Shown: piece by piece, positions 38,401-47,089 of the stretch
How the letters are laid out: the number at the start of each line of letters is the position of its first letter
Position numbering within the stretch: position 1 is the stretch's first letter
Source: a virus
Lineage: Duplodnaviria; Heunggongvirae; Uroviricota; Caudoviricetes
Reading direction: 5' to 3' (one strand)
IMG/VR virus record: IMGVR_UViG_3300033067_001661
Coordinates: 205,624 to 269,623 of that record
Length of the DNA: 64,000 nt
Notes under the pieces: model-generated
What the model was told of the DNA's origin: nothing
Database searches by the model: none
Seen by the model: the letters and a program-made list of their open reading frames with translations, nothing else
Translations under genes and position numbers: made by a program

Positions 38401-38486
38401 TTGTAGTAATCCCATGCGCCTCCCTTAGGAACATGAAGAGCCTCAACGCTCATCTGAGTATTAGTTTTTGCTCGTTTTTCAAACAT
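32475..38486 (-). CDS. Prohead protease fused to a giant scaffold/core region (2003 aa)
   Basis: N-terminal NDNGDCF...VFVNHQN...GTSMG (His/Ser of HK97/herpes-type prohead proteases) plus a CSICH..FCTH Zn motif; position between portal and capsid genes. Confidence 0.8.
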   Translation of the reverse strand: MFEKRAKTNTQMSVEALHVPKGGAWDYYNTSRIKVASIDKTKKTDLGGFDIQAAIEKNPDNLFVKVFAIKANEVNDNGDCFSEEELKKAAHTFVGVPVFVNHQNDNVENARGKVVHSWYDEPSKGVYCINMVDRAAYPRLARGIEEGYITGTSMGAQVTYSICSICHNKAHTADEFCTHIKGGKNRKISGKYECKYHDSPCKPTDPCPLDGKKKNEEHELIHKEAKVYEWNYDIKFIEDSFVVNPACHDCLVCDILNLDNVKTRVADKIEELRKVASRLSGAVDTMKDGSLEKTAGKAELQALTQAMNLMEHVARSMMAQKQQIQLDYVSDLVEQLAKVQSLTDELTEMGYAQLPSPPEQAVALGNVMSLDPSMTGAGAAQQVSNPSQVGQGAQSLTQSPQPQAAPQGSPQSGSMAGLGSVTRPSFVGASEELKKEFLKQGENISSKLASVSSALRASIVLLAQRSKEVAESEHIAEFVNGDTRVVVATVEGSGLVFGKFKDNKLVSWASAEEFGDEIKALASSNPQEAAKIVLSQYQKESGVNMSAQKTTKIAGGEASQLEVTTQKQLDNAGPLHPREDKAPTVTTQAQLNGDGELKPVNDTTSDDNQLRKGNAPEVITQAQLDSIEHDDIARWDSYPEVITEAQWTEMSRRVSTSISKDYTEKTTQAQLESLQKSHKWTAPEVTTQAQLDEQKKAAPEGKTDSARWASSAKDLVKAASNAVADAIAHYNLTPAEVSAAVSKISSSPFSSIKAGYLALINASPVKVKARLAERNRKNYFAKVASTSGSKVRSVDALLASMGDNIGYLKAEDFVDAIKFVASDKKAFAAAETLAHTKLASAEDSSEETVVSKEDAFRQAFAELDRPEDGLYKICGTLTEDVKVSPDNQTEFMNALFTFAKSHIEVPFVVTNVKLDKEAGIFEADCKEEGSCSDAEKKAFASVLSGQFKTATQKPQGTNKTARSVNRANLLKEAQMMGGQMGGGMGGGGPAGGMGATMPGADAGMGGAPAAESLSGPGDELGAGEDDMMGGGEGDMQPKPPGTICPVCGSSDVDVLDGKGKCGNCSAEFAYKVELEITKYPGLLDSGEGEGEEAGEAGLGGGEEGGEGFALPEAEEPASLPVAAMTRLNPAMLKKAAEDAKAKGIEWSLGSISPYTGSTSVMKISNNKFLCLDTGATYEVHVAGVDKGGKKAVFAEWRFEAKPLTRGCESCRRKKSAFMKALKSAGISEDTFDSMMLFDKGDAIMAMKDKGLLSPVKTASKSSVLSGLKKTAAFEGKFPIETCREKIARKYGENALAMSGPCEGKNLADCVCQKLSTAGVYANDVAIKLASIWKNEDLMVTCVEDFVRSRKFSMKQACFVCDQLKAKYAQFEDHLADELSGGSEVPPSPTDGVPSPEGDMGGDMGGELGGDVDPFASDMGGDMGGDVGGDVGGELGGGDPMAGTITIELPLDVIEQFDAAIDTAKGENPAAEPHHNAPLDGTATISLPGEVAEGVDQAADQALETAVDATQEVGSAVGGALDAVQDAVQEAPGVVDSNPVELKEDVSVEVAPEGGDMGGAPETGESEVSVEEPSSNPFGGESSEGESSEGEGESSEPSEENSEEKEDSSSDFSNDSEEGSEDKEEFKLMAQAESATNAFRKGKISSSGEINLDLSSVMKVLASQGKIAKEVTHKNVQDHTEDFGKVKDGGTMGNEEKFDAKDPEVFSGDATMGGEKDAGYDNSKPKANFEAGGGEMGHEKELGYTSEKEHEMTGGTQGAGKSASSKARTSALAERILNATKTASDKKLEKAAPVSEDGDTKPYAANKDHPKSGNPITPQESADIGKVEAGDSSFMGHEKETLVSVPKAEKDAPSIPAGGGTNAKYDKNEKNAPEKQTAHKGTVIAGGDAESLAAKKEAATRVAGRKLKAGMISVDKLASEIEKLARYEPSDLKDLETALFGASKKGLDTVAKGSEKPLVISERSNQRKIGEELKDSIQSLFKLDKANKLAQEDPNVDLRQTFRR

Positions 38487-40374
38487 TTTCGTTCAAACTC
38501 CTAATAATTCTCTTAGCCAGGCTAGACGCTTGAGCGTCAGGATGATCAGGTCCAACATCTTCAACCGGAGGGCGAAGAGGAGGAGGTTGCTTAATAGGCT
38601 TTATCGGATCTCTTCCTACAAACTGATTAAACGCCTTGTCTGCTCTTTGAACACCTTTTGATTCTGGACTAAGATTCGGTAGCGGATCTTGTTCAGTTAG
38701 ATTTCCTTCATTATCTTCAACAATTCTACCTCCCTCGCCAACGATAATTTTCTTCATCTCTGCAACTGCGGCAGAAAGAGAAGGTAATCCGCTTCTAACT
38801 TCTCTCCAAGGAGAAAGGATAAGTTTCTTTTGTCCAAGCTTAGTTTCGTAATATCTTTCGCTAGCCATCATTCTTGGTATAGATATTTGTTTTGCAACAA
38901 CGACAAATGATTGTCTGTTCGTAACAACAGAACCTCCCCAAAACTCGGGTTCTTCATTTGGAACGTCCTTATATTGAACCATATCTTGCTTACCAACAGT
39001 CTTTGCTTGACCAACATTGCGGCCTGTTGAAAAATCAGGACCAGCCATGTAAATAATGAAGCCTTCTAAAGCTGTATGAGAATTTTGAGCCTTGACAATA
39101 CCGCCATTCTCGTCAAAAGAATAACGGTCGGTCTTTGTGTCAAGCCATTGTTTCAATTGCTTCAATGCGGGAACAGAATAAGCAAATTCTTCTTTATTCT
39201 TCGGGTTCATTATCTTTTGAACCGTATTCTCATCGTCTACTGAATAAACAAACTTATATCCACTCGCAACCTCAGAAACATCAAGGTCTTCACCCTGAGC
39301 CTGAGCAGTTACTCTATAAACCTTACCAAGCGTATTTTTATTAGCTAGAGCGGTTACTTGTTCTTGCGATAAATAAAGCTTCTCGCCAGTAACTCTTTCA
39401 ACCCTCTCGCCTGTTTCTTTGTTAATAGCTGGACGACCGCCTGCTCCATACCTTATCTTTTTCTGAAGATACATTGCGCCTGATTCTGGGTCTGCAAAAA
39501 TTCCCCAAATGAACTTTGCTTGCTCAGGACTGTTTTTGATAATCATATCAGCGTTGTTGACGTAACGTATATTCAAAGACTGAGGGTTAAACTGAGCGGC
39601 GGCAGCAGCCTGCTCATCAGGAACAAGGCCTTCTACAGGAGAAACATAAACAGCACTACGATTCATAATGATAGGATCATTGAAGAATTTCTTCATCGTA
39701 ATCGTATTCGTAGTAACGGTTGAATCAAAAACATTTGTAACGCCATGAACGTTTACAATACCAAATGTAAAACCCTCGCCAGACGGAACAACTTGAAAGT
39801 TTCCATTAGTCGAGTTAGGATACTCTTTCCCACCAACATTCTCTTGAATCTGACGGGGTATCTTGTTATATTTTTGCGACACATGATACTGAAGACCATT
39901 TGCGGCCAAATCTTGATAAGCATAGCCAAAAATAGAAAACCAATGCTTAGAACCAATACTCTTGTCTATCTTGTTTACACCAGAAAAGCCTGAAGCGCTC
40001 GAAGGAAGCTGTAAGCCATACTCTCTCGCAAACTGCGCTGTCTGCAAAAGTTCAGGACGCTCTCTTTGAAGATCTTTAATCTCAGAATCACCAATCAATC
40101 GATCTTCAGCATAAGCGATACGAAGCATACCAGAGTATTCGTTTGACCTAGCAGCAGGAAACCTCTTAAAAGCCCTATCAAACTCGGCTATTTGCCTCTG
40201 TATGCTTTGTTTTACAACATCTGGTAACTTAGAAAGATGTTGCTTAAGTCTATTTCTATCAAATACATGAAAATCAAGACTTCGATTCTTGATATTGATA
40301 GAGCCAGGCATGGCGGGCATATCCGCCTGCTTTAGCAAAAGACTACTAATAATTGACTTTGGATCGCTACTCAT
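38479..40374 (-). CDS. Hypothetical head-associated protein (631 aa)
   Basis: Coupled ORF between portal and protease; LLKQAD near the N-terminus. Confidence 0.75.
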   Translation of the reverse strand: MSSDPKSIISSLLLKQADMPAMPGSINIKNRSLDFHVFDRNRLKQHLSKLPDVVKQSIQRQIAEFDRAFKRFPAARSNEYSGMLRIAYAEDRLIGDSEIKDLQRERPELLQTAQFAREYGLQLPSSASGFSGVNKIDKSIGSKHWFSIFGYAYQDLAANGLQYHVSQKYNKIPRQIQENVGGKEYPNSTNGNFQVVPSGEGFTFGIVNVHGVTNVFDSTVTTNTITMKKFFNDPIIMNRSAVYVSPVEGLVPDEQAAAAAQFNPQSLNIRYVNNADMIIKNSPEQAKFIWGIFADPESGAMYLQKKIRYGAGGRPAINKETGERVERVTGEKLYLSQEQVTALANKNTLGKVYRVTAQAQGEDLDVSEVASGYKFVYSVDDENTVQKIMNPKNKEEFAYSVPALKQLKQWLDTKTDRYSFDENGGIVKAQNSHTALEGFIIYMAGPDFSTGRNVGQAKTVGKQDMVQYKDVPNEEPEFWGGSVVTNRQSFVVVAKQISIPRMMASERYYETKLGQKKLILSPWREVRSGLPSLSAAVAEMKKIIVGEGGRIVEDNEGNLTEQDPLPNLSPESKGVQRADKAFNQFVGRDPIKPIKQPPPLRPPVEDVGPDHPDAQASSLAKRIIRSLNENV

Positions 40375-40814
40375 GCCTTAACATGCTCCGGTATATCTGC
40401 GTTCACAAGAGACTCTCTGTTATACGGAACTTGACCCTTTGGAACAGGAGTACCCCATCTTTGACTTGCGTAAATAAGCGCGCCTTTCATTGTTGGAAAA
40501 TACTCTCCATAAGGGCTATATGTCTTTGTATCAGGATCTTTTGTAAATTCTTCAATAGGAATCTTTTTGATACCTGCAAAGAAAACCTTACCTACATTAT
40601 GCTGCATAGAAGGACCAACAACAACATAATAGATTGAGTTTGTTGTATAATCATGTCCTTCCCATCTATAGTAAGCACCAGGGCCAACTTGTTCTTCGAA
40701 CTTTTCCTTAAGAGGCTTTGATCTTTCTCGGTATATTTCTTCCCACTTAATACCACGGTCCTTGATTCGTTTACGACCCGCGGTTTTTTCCAAGTTGTAA
40801 ACTAAATCGTTCAT
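40371..40814 (-). CDS. Hypothetical protein (147 aa)
   Basis: Coupled ORF; LEKTAG at the N-terminus. Confidence 0.75.
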   Translation of the reverse strand: MNDLVYNLEKTAGRKRIKDRGIKWEEIYRERSKPLKEKFEEQVGPGAYYRWEGHDYTTNSIYYVVVGPSMQHNVGKVFFAGIKKIPIEEFTKDPDTKTYSPYGEYFPTMKGALIYASQRWGTPVPKGQVPYNRESLVNADIPEHVKA

Positions 40815-43087
40815 CCTTGCTTAGCTCCATTGTCCGTAATATATTTAGAAACGACACATCCTTCAAAAGGACTAAACCCAACAGGTTTATAGTTCGTATT
40901 TTCTCCTGTTTGTGCCTTCTTGGACAAAGCTTTCTTTTCCTTTGACGCCTCTTCGACTTCTTTACGAACAACTTGCTCAACCTTGTCTAGGTGTTCACCA
41001 ATAGCTTGTTCAGTAAATCGCAAAACCCTCCAGCCATAGGAAGCAAGAGTCATATCTCTTTCTTTATCCTTCTGCTTATCTTCAACAGAAGAATGCCACT
41101 TTTCACCGTCTACCTCAATATCAACACCAAGTTCAGGAATCGCAAAATCCATAAGATAGAAATTGGAATCGCTTGGAACTGGTTGCTTATATTGAGCAAA
41201 CAATCTAAAAGGCAACTTCATGGATAGAAGCGTTCTGTACATCTTTGATTCAGGCTTGGTTAGCTGTATAGTTGTTGGTCTTACAGGCTGCATTTCGCTT
41301 TCTTTAGCTTTAGGAGCCTTACCTCTTCTATAAATCTTTCCGTCCCCTCCGCCTGCGGCTACGCCGGGAGCGACTCCCATACCTCCGCCCATGCCGCCTC
41401 CCATGCCACCGCCCATGCCACCCATGCCACCTGTCGGGTCCATACCAGGAGCGCCCATGCCTCCTCCCATACCGCCCGTTGGGTCCATGCCAGGAGCGCC
41501 GCCCATACCGCCGCCGCCCATATCCATTCCACCTGCGCCTCCCATGCCACCACCCATACCGCCACCCATGCCACCACCGCCCATAAGTTGACCGTTTTGC
41601 ATGGCTTGTACTTGTTCGTTTCTAATTCTTTCTGTTTCTAGATCATAGTCCAAATCAAACTCTTCCAAAAGAGTCTGAGCAGAAATTAGACCGCTCTGCT
41701 GCATCTGCAAGAACATTTGAAGCTGATTAGTATTGTCTCTAAGCCTAAGGTCTTCCCATTTAACTTTCGGGAACAAATAAACCGTTTCTCCAAATTCTTC
41801 AGAAGCCTCTTCATCAATAAAGCCTTGCATCTTAGCAACAGGAAGGAAAATGTGCTTCTCAATCCATTGAGCAAGCTCATTTCTCCAAGACTCCAAACGA
41901 CGAATCATAACCTCAACGCCAACCTGAGCGGAGTTATAACCAGCCATCTCTCCATTCAAAAGAGTTTGGTTGAGCATGAGACCGTCCAAGATTTCTTTAC
42001 CAACATATTCAAGTTCTTGATTAATGTTGTGTATCTTGCCGCTTGCTCCATACCATTCGTAATCAAAGTTATTATGAGTTACAATGGTAAGATTAGGGTC
42101 GTTAGCGACCGCAGCAAGCTGAGCAGATACGTCCGCAATTGCGTCATCGTCTGCTGGTCTCTCGTCCGAACCAACCTTAACAACTCTAACCGGAAGTATG
42201 AGTCTTTCAGCAACAATCCAGTTTGCTGTCATAAGCTTTGTTTTGTATGCCAAAACAGTAAACAATCTACGAAGAAGAGATTCTCCATAAGTTCCATAAG
42301 GACTTCCGCCATGCTTTACATGGCTCGTAACTCTATTGGAAAGCAGAATAGGCCTCTTAGCCATAATCTGAACTTTGATGTTATCTGGAATTTGATCATA
42401 CAAAAACTTAGGTTGCTTTGTTTGAATAATTCTTTGAAGCTCTTCGTCTGGCAAAAGAACAATCTGAGGTTCTTGCGAAATAGGAGTCTTCATCACCTCA
42501 ATCCAATCTGGATTAAGAACGGTTAGTTTACTTATAGAGCCGTCAGGGTGATTGCATGGCTCATTCTTTTCAGAATCAACGCCAGTACCCTTACAATGAG
42601 GACACTCGATTTCGGTCATTACGAAAACGTCGCCAAGAAGAAAACGTTGATGACTTACCATTCTAAGCCAGTACATCAACTCTATTTTCTCAATAAGCCT
42701 CTCGAAGAAACGTAATACGCTCTTCTTTTTGCATTCAAGTTTTAGACCGTTAATGGGGAACTGTGAGTAAAAATCTATACCAGCAGCAACCTTTGGTTCG
42801 TTTTCATAATAGAACCTCGCCCATTGATAGACTTCTTTTCTCTTGCTTGCAATCTGCCAATTCTGAGGAGTATGCAAAGGCGAAAAGAACATGGGCTGAG
42901 CCATGATAACGTTAGCGCCTGATCCCGCAAACTGAGCAGCCTTTGTAATTGGAACGCTAACAACGCTAGAAGTAGAATACGGCTTAGCTGTTGCGTCTCC
43001 GTCCTTCATAACAACACCCTTAGCGGAAGCTATCTTACTAACAGCTTGCTTATTCGGAAGTTGCATCTTGATTGGTTTATCTGCCAT
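40811..43087 (-). CDS. Portal protein with C-terminal Gly/Met linker and DUF559 (Vsr-like) nuclease domain
   Basis: ARFYYENEPKVAAGIDFYSQFP, YGESLLRRLF, KWEDLRL portal-type segments; MDFAIPELGVDIEVDGEKWH...KDKERD..L...GWRVLRF DUF559 signature. Confidence 0.8.
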   Translation of the reverse strand: MADKPIKMQLPNKQAVSKIASAKGVVMKDGDATAKPYSTSSVVSVPITKAAQFAGSGANVIMAQPMFFSPLHTPQNWQIASKRKEVYQWARFYYENEPKVAAGIDFYSQFPINGLKLECKKKSVLRFFERLIEKIELMYWLRMVSHQRFLLGDVFVMTEIECPHCKGTGVDSEKNEPCNHPDGSISKLTVLNPDWIEVMKTPISQEPQIVLLPDEELQRIIQTKQPKFLYDQIPDNIKVQIMAKRPILLSNRVTSHVKHGGSPYGTYGESLLRRLFTVLAYKTKLMTANWIVAERLILPVRVVKVGSDERPADDDAIADVSAQLAAVANDPNLTIVTHNNFDYEWYGASGKIHNINQELEYVGKEILDGLMLNQTLLNGEMAGYNSAQVGVEVMIRRLESWRNELAQWIEKHIFLPVAKMQGFIDEEASEEFGETVYLFPKVKWEDLRLRDNTNQLQMFLQMQQSGLISAQTLLEEFDLDYDLETERIRNEQVQAMQNGQLMGGGGMGGGMGGGMGGAGGMDMGGGGMGGAPGMDPTGGMGGGMGAPGMDPTGGMGGMGGGMGGGMGGGMGVAPGVAAGGGDGKIYRRGKAPKAKESEMQPVRPTTIQLTKPESKMYRTLLSMKLPFRLFAQYKQPVPSDSNFYLMDFAIPELGVDIEVDGEKWHSSVEDKQKDKERDMTLASYGWRVLRFTEQAIGEHLDKVEQVVRKEVEEASKEKKALSKKAQTGENTNYKPVGFSPFEGCVVSKYITDNGAKQG
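41345..41600 (-). repeat. Gly/Met low-complexity repeat (GGGMGG; two APGMDPTGGMGG)
   Basis: Direct repeats in DNA and translation. Confidence 0.9.
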
Positions 43088-43098
43088 ATATCATCCTG

Positions 43099-43521
43099 TT
43101 ATAGACCCAAATGATTCGCTGATCTCTCAACGTTGGATAAATGATTTTCGTCAACAACTTGAATGTCGTCGTCCGAAATCCTCTTCCTATTTGGTTTCAT
43201 CGGTTTAACTGCTGGATTCGTTGTTCTTGGAATCAAAGATTGAGCCGCAGCAGCAAGACCTGGAACATGAACTTTGTTAATAGGAACACCCATCATGAGC
43301 GTCTCATGAGGGTTTTGGCCTTTTTGCTCGCCTTGTTGATCTCTTTTTCTTTGTTTAGGAAGCGCTCTTATTTTTGCAATATCCGCTCCGCAGTTAATGC
43401 ATACAACAGCAGTCGGAGTGTTATCCGAACTGCATGTTGGACATACTTTTTCGAGAGCTAGAGGCTTAACTTTGTCTATAGGAGGAAGAGACGGTATCTT
43501 AGGAAGAGACTGAGCTATCAC
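43099..43521 (-). CDS. Zinc-ribbon protein
   Basis: CPTC-x10-CINCG. Confidence 0.7.
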   Translation of the reverse strand: MIAQSLPKIPSLPPIDKVKPLALEKVCPTCSSDNTPTAVVCINCGADIAKIRALPKQRKRDQQGEQKGQNPHETLMMGVPINKVHVPGLAAAAQSLIPRTTNPAVKPMKPNRKRISDDDIQVVDENHLSNVERSANHLGL

Positions 43522-44744
43522 TTTTTTTTTACAGAAGCTTCTTTCCAGTTATAAGGCTTAGCTTCTGTATCTGTTGGCTCATATCCCCTGTCCTCTGCCA
43601 TCTTCTTTCTTGAAGCTTCCATGCGAGCCTCTATAGTCGCAAACTCTGGCAAATATGGACGACGACGTTGCCCTGGCAACAACTGTAAGTTATTACCTTC
43701 TGGAACATTACGGTCTACATCAAATCTCTTGTTGATATAACCGCCAACCCATTCTCCCTTATCATTACGATAAGGTTGGCTATACTTATCCATTATGTTG
43801 CCGCGCCAGAAAGTTTCAAAATCGAACGCTCTATCGTCGAAAATGAAGTTATGGTCTCGACCTCTAATCCAGTTGTGCCACTCGCTACCGAGAAGTCCTG
43901 TATTGCTATGAGGGAAAACTCTTCTAGATTCTGGACCGAAGTTAATAAACTCACTTCCGCCGTTTCTATTAACACCGTATTGAGCTTCTTTCTTTAGATT
44001 GTAAGAAGCCTTCTTGTTTAGTTTCTGAGACGAAGCAGCTTTCTTTGCAAACGCCTCGATTATCTTCAATGTTTCATTTACAGCATTTTCTGCTGAAGCT
44101 TGAGTATAAGTCGCATCCACTGTTTCTTCCCCTTGTCCTCTGCCGTGAATGGCTTTGAAAACTTCTGCCGCTATAATTGTCTTGTCGGCAGGATCTCTTT
44201 CTGGCTCATAATACCTCTGAACGGCGTCTCTAACAAGAGACTGACTATCAGTAGGGGCGGACTGAACTATTTCATTTACGAAATCTGGATTGTCCGCATT
44301 TTGGTCCAACAAAGCTTGAAGCTCTTGCGGACTATTAAACTGAGATTGCAAATCCGATTGAGGTTGTCCCATTGATGGGTCCGCCATTGGATCTGCTGCC
44401 GGGTCTGTCATTGGAAGACCAGCAGAATCTCCAGACATCATTGGGTCCGACTGAAACTGAGCAACCTTTGCTAAGCTAAAGTAAGAAGCCATAACAGGAA
44501 CGCCATCAACGCTATTTACATCAAGCTGTTCTTGATCAACGCCTTCTATTCCCTGAGAAGCCTCTTGTTGAGCCATTTCTAATTCCTGTCGTAATGTATC
44601 CAAAAAGTTCTGTTGCTCAAATCTTGGCCTTGTTGGATCAACGCCTGGATTGACAGCCTGAAGGTTATTCTTGGCTTGCTGAGCAAGTCCAACATTAACC
44701 TGTTCGATTCCGTTAGCGGCAGATGGTCCTGGCGTTACAGGCAT
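43518..44744 (-). CDS. Head-associated protein (408 aa) with an acidic N-half and several K-x-A motifs
   Basis: LAKVAQF, LNKKASY, LKKEAQY. Confidence 0.75.
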   Translation of the reverse strand: MPVTPGPSAANGIEQVNVGLAQQAKNNLQAVNPGVDPTRPRFEQQNFLDTLRQELEMAQQEASQGIEGVDQEQLDVNSVDGVPVMASYFSLAKVAQFQSDPMMSGDSAGLPMTDPAADPMADPSMGQPQSDLQSQFNSPQELQALLDQNADNPDFVNEIVQSAPTDSQSLVRDAVQRYYEPERDPADKTIIAAEVFKAIHGRGQGEETVDATYTQASAENAVNETLKIIEAFAKKAASSQKLNKKASYNLKKEAQYGVNRNGGSEFINFGPESRRVFPHSNTGLLGSEWHNWIRGRDHNFIFDDRAFDFETFWRGNIMDKYSQPYRNDKGEWVGGYINKRFDVDRNVPEGNNLQLLPGQRRRPYLPEFATIEARMEASRKKMAEDRGYEPTDTEAKPYNWKEASVKKK

Positions 44745-44747
44745 TAG

Positions 44748-45524
44748 TTACTCCTTGTTTCTTTCAGACAAAACCTTGAACAATCTAGAAGTTGCATCGT
44801 CATGAACGCTCTTGTAAGAAGAGTCTTTCTTCTGATCAACTATACCGTCAACAAATCTGTTAGTCATGTCCTTTGAAGAAGCAACTTTCTTGTTACCAAG
44901 ATGGCTCGCCTTCTTTGCTTCTTGCTTTTCAACCTTCGGGCTAACCCTATTCTCAATAGCTGTTAGTCTATCAAAATTCAAGTTGTTATCAAACATGCTG
45001 ATCTTATTCGAAGGAACCCATCCCTTACCGCTACTCTTAGCGGAGGCTGGATTTACAGAAGAAGACTTCTGAGCAAGAGCATCAGCGTCTTCGCCAAGCT
45101 TAGGACTCATGCTTTGCTTATATTCTGCCTGTTTCTTTTGACGAATTCTATCAGACGAAGCTTTTTCTTCTGCGGTTGCTTCTCTAGAAGAAATGCTTTC
45201 TGCCTTCTTCCCAAGAACATCAGAATCCCAAACAGAGTTATTGCTTTCGCAACCAATTTGCTTTGTTGGACCGCCCATATCAGTAATACCACCCTTGCTT
45301 GCGCAGCGAGAAGGTCTTACGCTTGAAACACCGCGAGCGATAGGATTATTGTATTCAGCAACCCTATTCTCTTGCTTAGCCCAAGAACGATCTTTCTCGA
45401 TCTTCTTGGCCTGCTTCATTTCAGGCTGTCTCTCATTAACTTCTTTACGATAATCAACCTTCTTGTCTGACGTTCCGAGAAGAGCATCAACAAGGCTTGA
45501 TTTTTGAGCTTGTTTACGAATCAT
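44748..45524 (-). CDS. Hypothetical charged protein (258 aa)
   Basis: GGAG RBS; MIRKQAQ N-terminus. Confidence 0.75.
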   Translation of the reverse strand: MIRKQAQKSSLVDALLGTSDKKVDYRKEVNERQPEMKQAKKIEKDRSWAKQENRVAEYNNPIARGVSSVRPSRCASKGGITDMGGPTKQIGCESNNSVWDSDVLGKKAESISSREATAEEKASSDRIRQKKQAEYKQSMSPKLGEDADALAQKSSSVNPASAKSSGKGWVPSNKISMFDNNLNFDRLTAIENRVSPKVEKQEAKKASHLGNKKVASSKDMTNRFVDGIVDQKKDSSYKSVHDDATSRLFKVLSERNKE

Positions 45525-46303
45525 CTTTTACCTCCAAAACCGCTCTTCATAAGAGAGGCTAGAATTTCGTTGTGACTTTGCTTAATAAGAGAATGCTTAG
45601 ACTCTGCGGCCTTTCTCTCGCCATGATCGGAATTACCCGCTCCACTACCATACATCTGTTCTAATCCATTAAGAGCAGGGGTTTCGTCAACTGAAGCGGA
45701 TAGAGGATTTACGTCAAATACATAAACGTCCTCGCCCATACCCATCTCTGTTGGAACAATCTCGAACTCATGGTTATTCGCTATTTCCTTCAAAGACTGA
45801 TACGCCTCTGTATATTGTATAACATGACGCTGACCATCTGGACCAATCCACCAACCAGGTATTTCAATACGGCCCTTACCTGTTGTTGGAGCTATCTTAA
45901 ACATTCGATCAAGCATCTTTCGCTTATTCTTGTCTCTTGTAATAAGCTGCATATTGATATTGAACTTTTGAACAAAGCCTGTAAAGTCTTCTTTGAAGGC
46001 TTGAATATTCTCAATGTTCTTAGCAATAGCTTGCTTTGGATCTTGTTGCTGTTGAGAGCCTGGAAACTTTAGAGAATTCGCAAGCTGTTGTTGATTTGGA
46101 ACTGCTGGTTTTGCCGTTGGCTTTTGCTGTTGTTGTTGGAGTGTATTATCAAGCTTAGCCATTGGATTAAAGTCACCACCCTCAGCAGGCTTTGCCGCAG
46201 GAGTTATATCCTCCTGCTGAATCCCCTCTCTTGGAGGAGGATTCCCTGGCTTGGCTTGCTGAGCCGTAACTGTTCTTTTAGTACCGCTCGGGACAATGCG
46301 CAT
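45521..46303 (-). CDS. Hypothetical protein (260 aa), Gln/Pro-rich N-terminus
   Basis: ORF with AGGAG RBS in the operon. Confidence 0.75.
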   Translation of the reverse strand: MRIVPSGTKRTVTAQQAKPGNPPPREGIQQEDITPAAKPAEGGDFNPMAKLDNTLQQQQQKPTAKPAVPNQQQLANSLKFPGSQQQQDPKQAIAKNIENIQAFKEDFTGFVQKFNINMQLITRDKNKRKMLDRMFKIAPTTGKGRIEIPGWWIGPDGQRHVIQYTEAYQSLKEIANNHEFEIVPTEMGMGEDVYVFDVNPLSASVDETPALNGLEQMYGSGAGNSDHGERKAAESKHSLIKQSHNEILASLMKSGFGGKR

Positions 46304-46330
46304 TACGAACTCCTAATTGTTGGAAGAGAT

Positions 46331-47008
46331 TTACTTATCAGCGAACATTGCGTCAACGTACTCAGATGGGTAAAGCTTCTTCCAGTAGTTCTTCCATTCA
46401 TTCTTAGTCTTGGAGTCAAGGTTTGCAATGCGAACCATTCTACGAGAAGCAGAAGCTTCCTTCTTTTCCTCAGCCTTGGCCTCGCCCTTACTTTCAGACT
46501 TCTTAGAGCCTTCGCTACCGTCGCCGCTCGTTGGAGCGCCGCAGCACTTATCAACCTCATGGGTTACGCCCTTGTTCTCTGCTGGAATCTCGGAGTTATC
46601 AGCCTTCTTTGCAACAGAAGCCTTCTTCTTTTCGCCTTCTGGCTTGCCGGTATTTGTGCCGCCAACAGGATCCATCTCCTGCTTCTTGACATGCATTTCA
46701 CCGTCCTTTTCCTTGCAGCATTCATCCTTAGCAACCTTAACTTCCTTCTCAGCGGAAGCCTTGGTTTCTTCTTTCTCTGCGCCTTCTACCTTTTCTACTT
46801 CCTTGCCGTCTTTCTTCTCTTCCTTCTTACCGAATGGAGGAGCTTTCTTGTCGCCAAGGTTAGAAATATTGGCAGTCTTTTCGGCCTTCTCTGGCGCAGC
46901 GGTTGAGGCTGTCTTGGAGAAAGCTGCGTTACTTGCAGCGAGCTTTTGTACAAATTCGCCGAAGTTCTGGGCCTTACCAGTCGAGATCTTGTTCGTATAA
47001 AACTTCAT
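46331..47008 (-). CDS. Lys/Glu-rich disordered protein with C-terminal YWxxLYPxxY motif
   Basis: AAGGAG RBS; ends WKNYWKKLYPSEYVDAMFADK. Confidence 0.8.
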   Translation of the reverse strand: MKFYTNKISTGKAQNFGEFVQKLAASNAAFSKTASTAAPEKAEKTANISNLGDKKAPPFGKKEEKKDGKEVEKVEGAEKEETKASAEKEVKVAKDECCKEKDGEMHVKKQEMDPVGGTNTGKPEGEKKKASVAKKADNSEIPAENKGVTHEVDKCCGAPTSGDGSEGSKKSESKGEAKAEEKKEASASRRMVRIANLDSKTKNEWKNYWKKLYPSEYVDAMFADK

Positions 47009-47055
47009 ATCAATACACTCCTTTGGATCTAATGGCTATTTTAGCCTGTTCTTGA

Positions 47056-47080
47056 TTTCTGGTTATCTTCCAAAATTCCT
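47056..47080 (-). promoter_or_regulatory. Candidate phage promoter AGGA-N17-GAAA
   Basis: Lies in the 81-nt gap upstream of 47008. Confidence 0.4.
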
Positions 47081-47089
47081 TCTTTTCAC

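Noticed and set aside
40955-41260. DUF559 as part of a second intein in the portal
   Set aside because: No Cys/Ser block A, no block B and no His-Asn terminus around the domain
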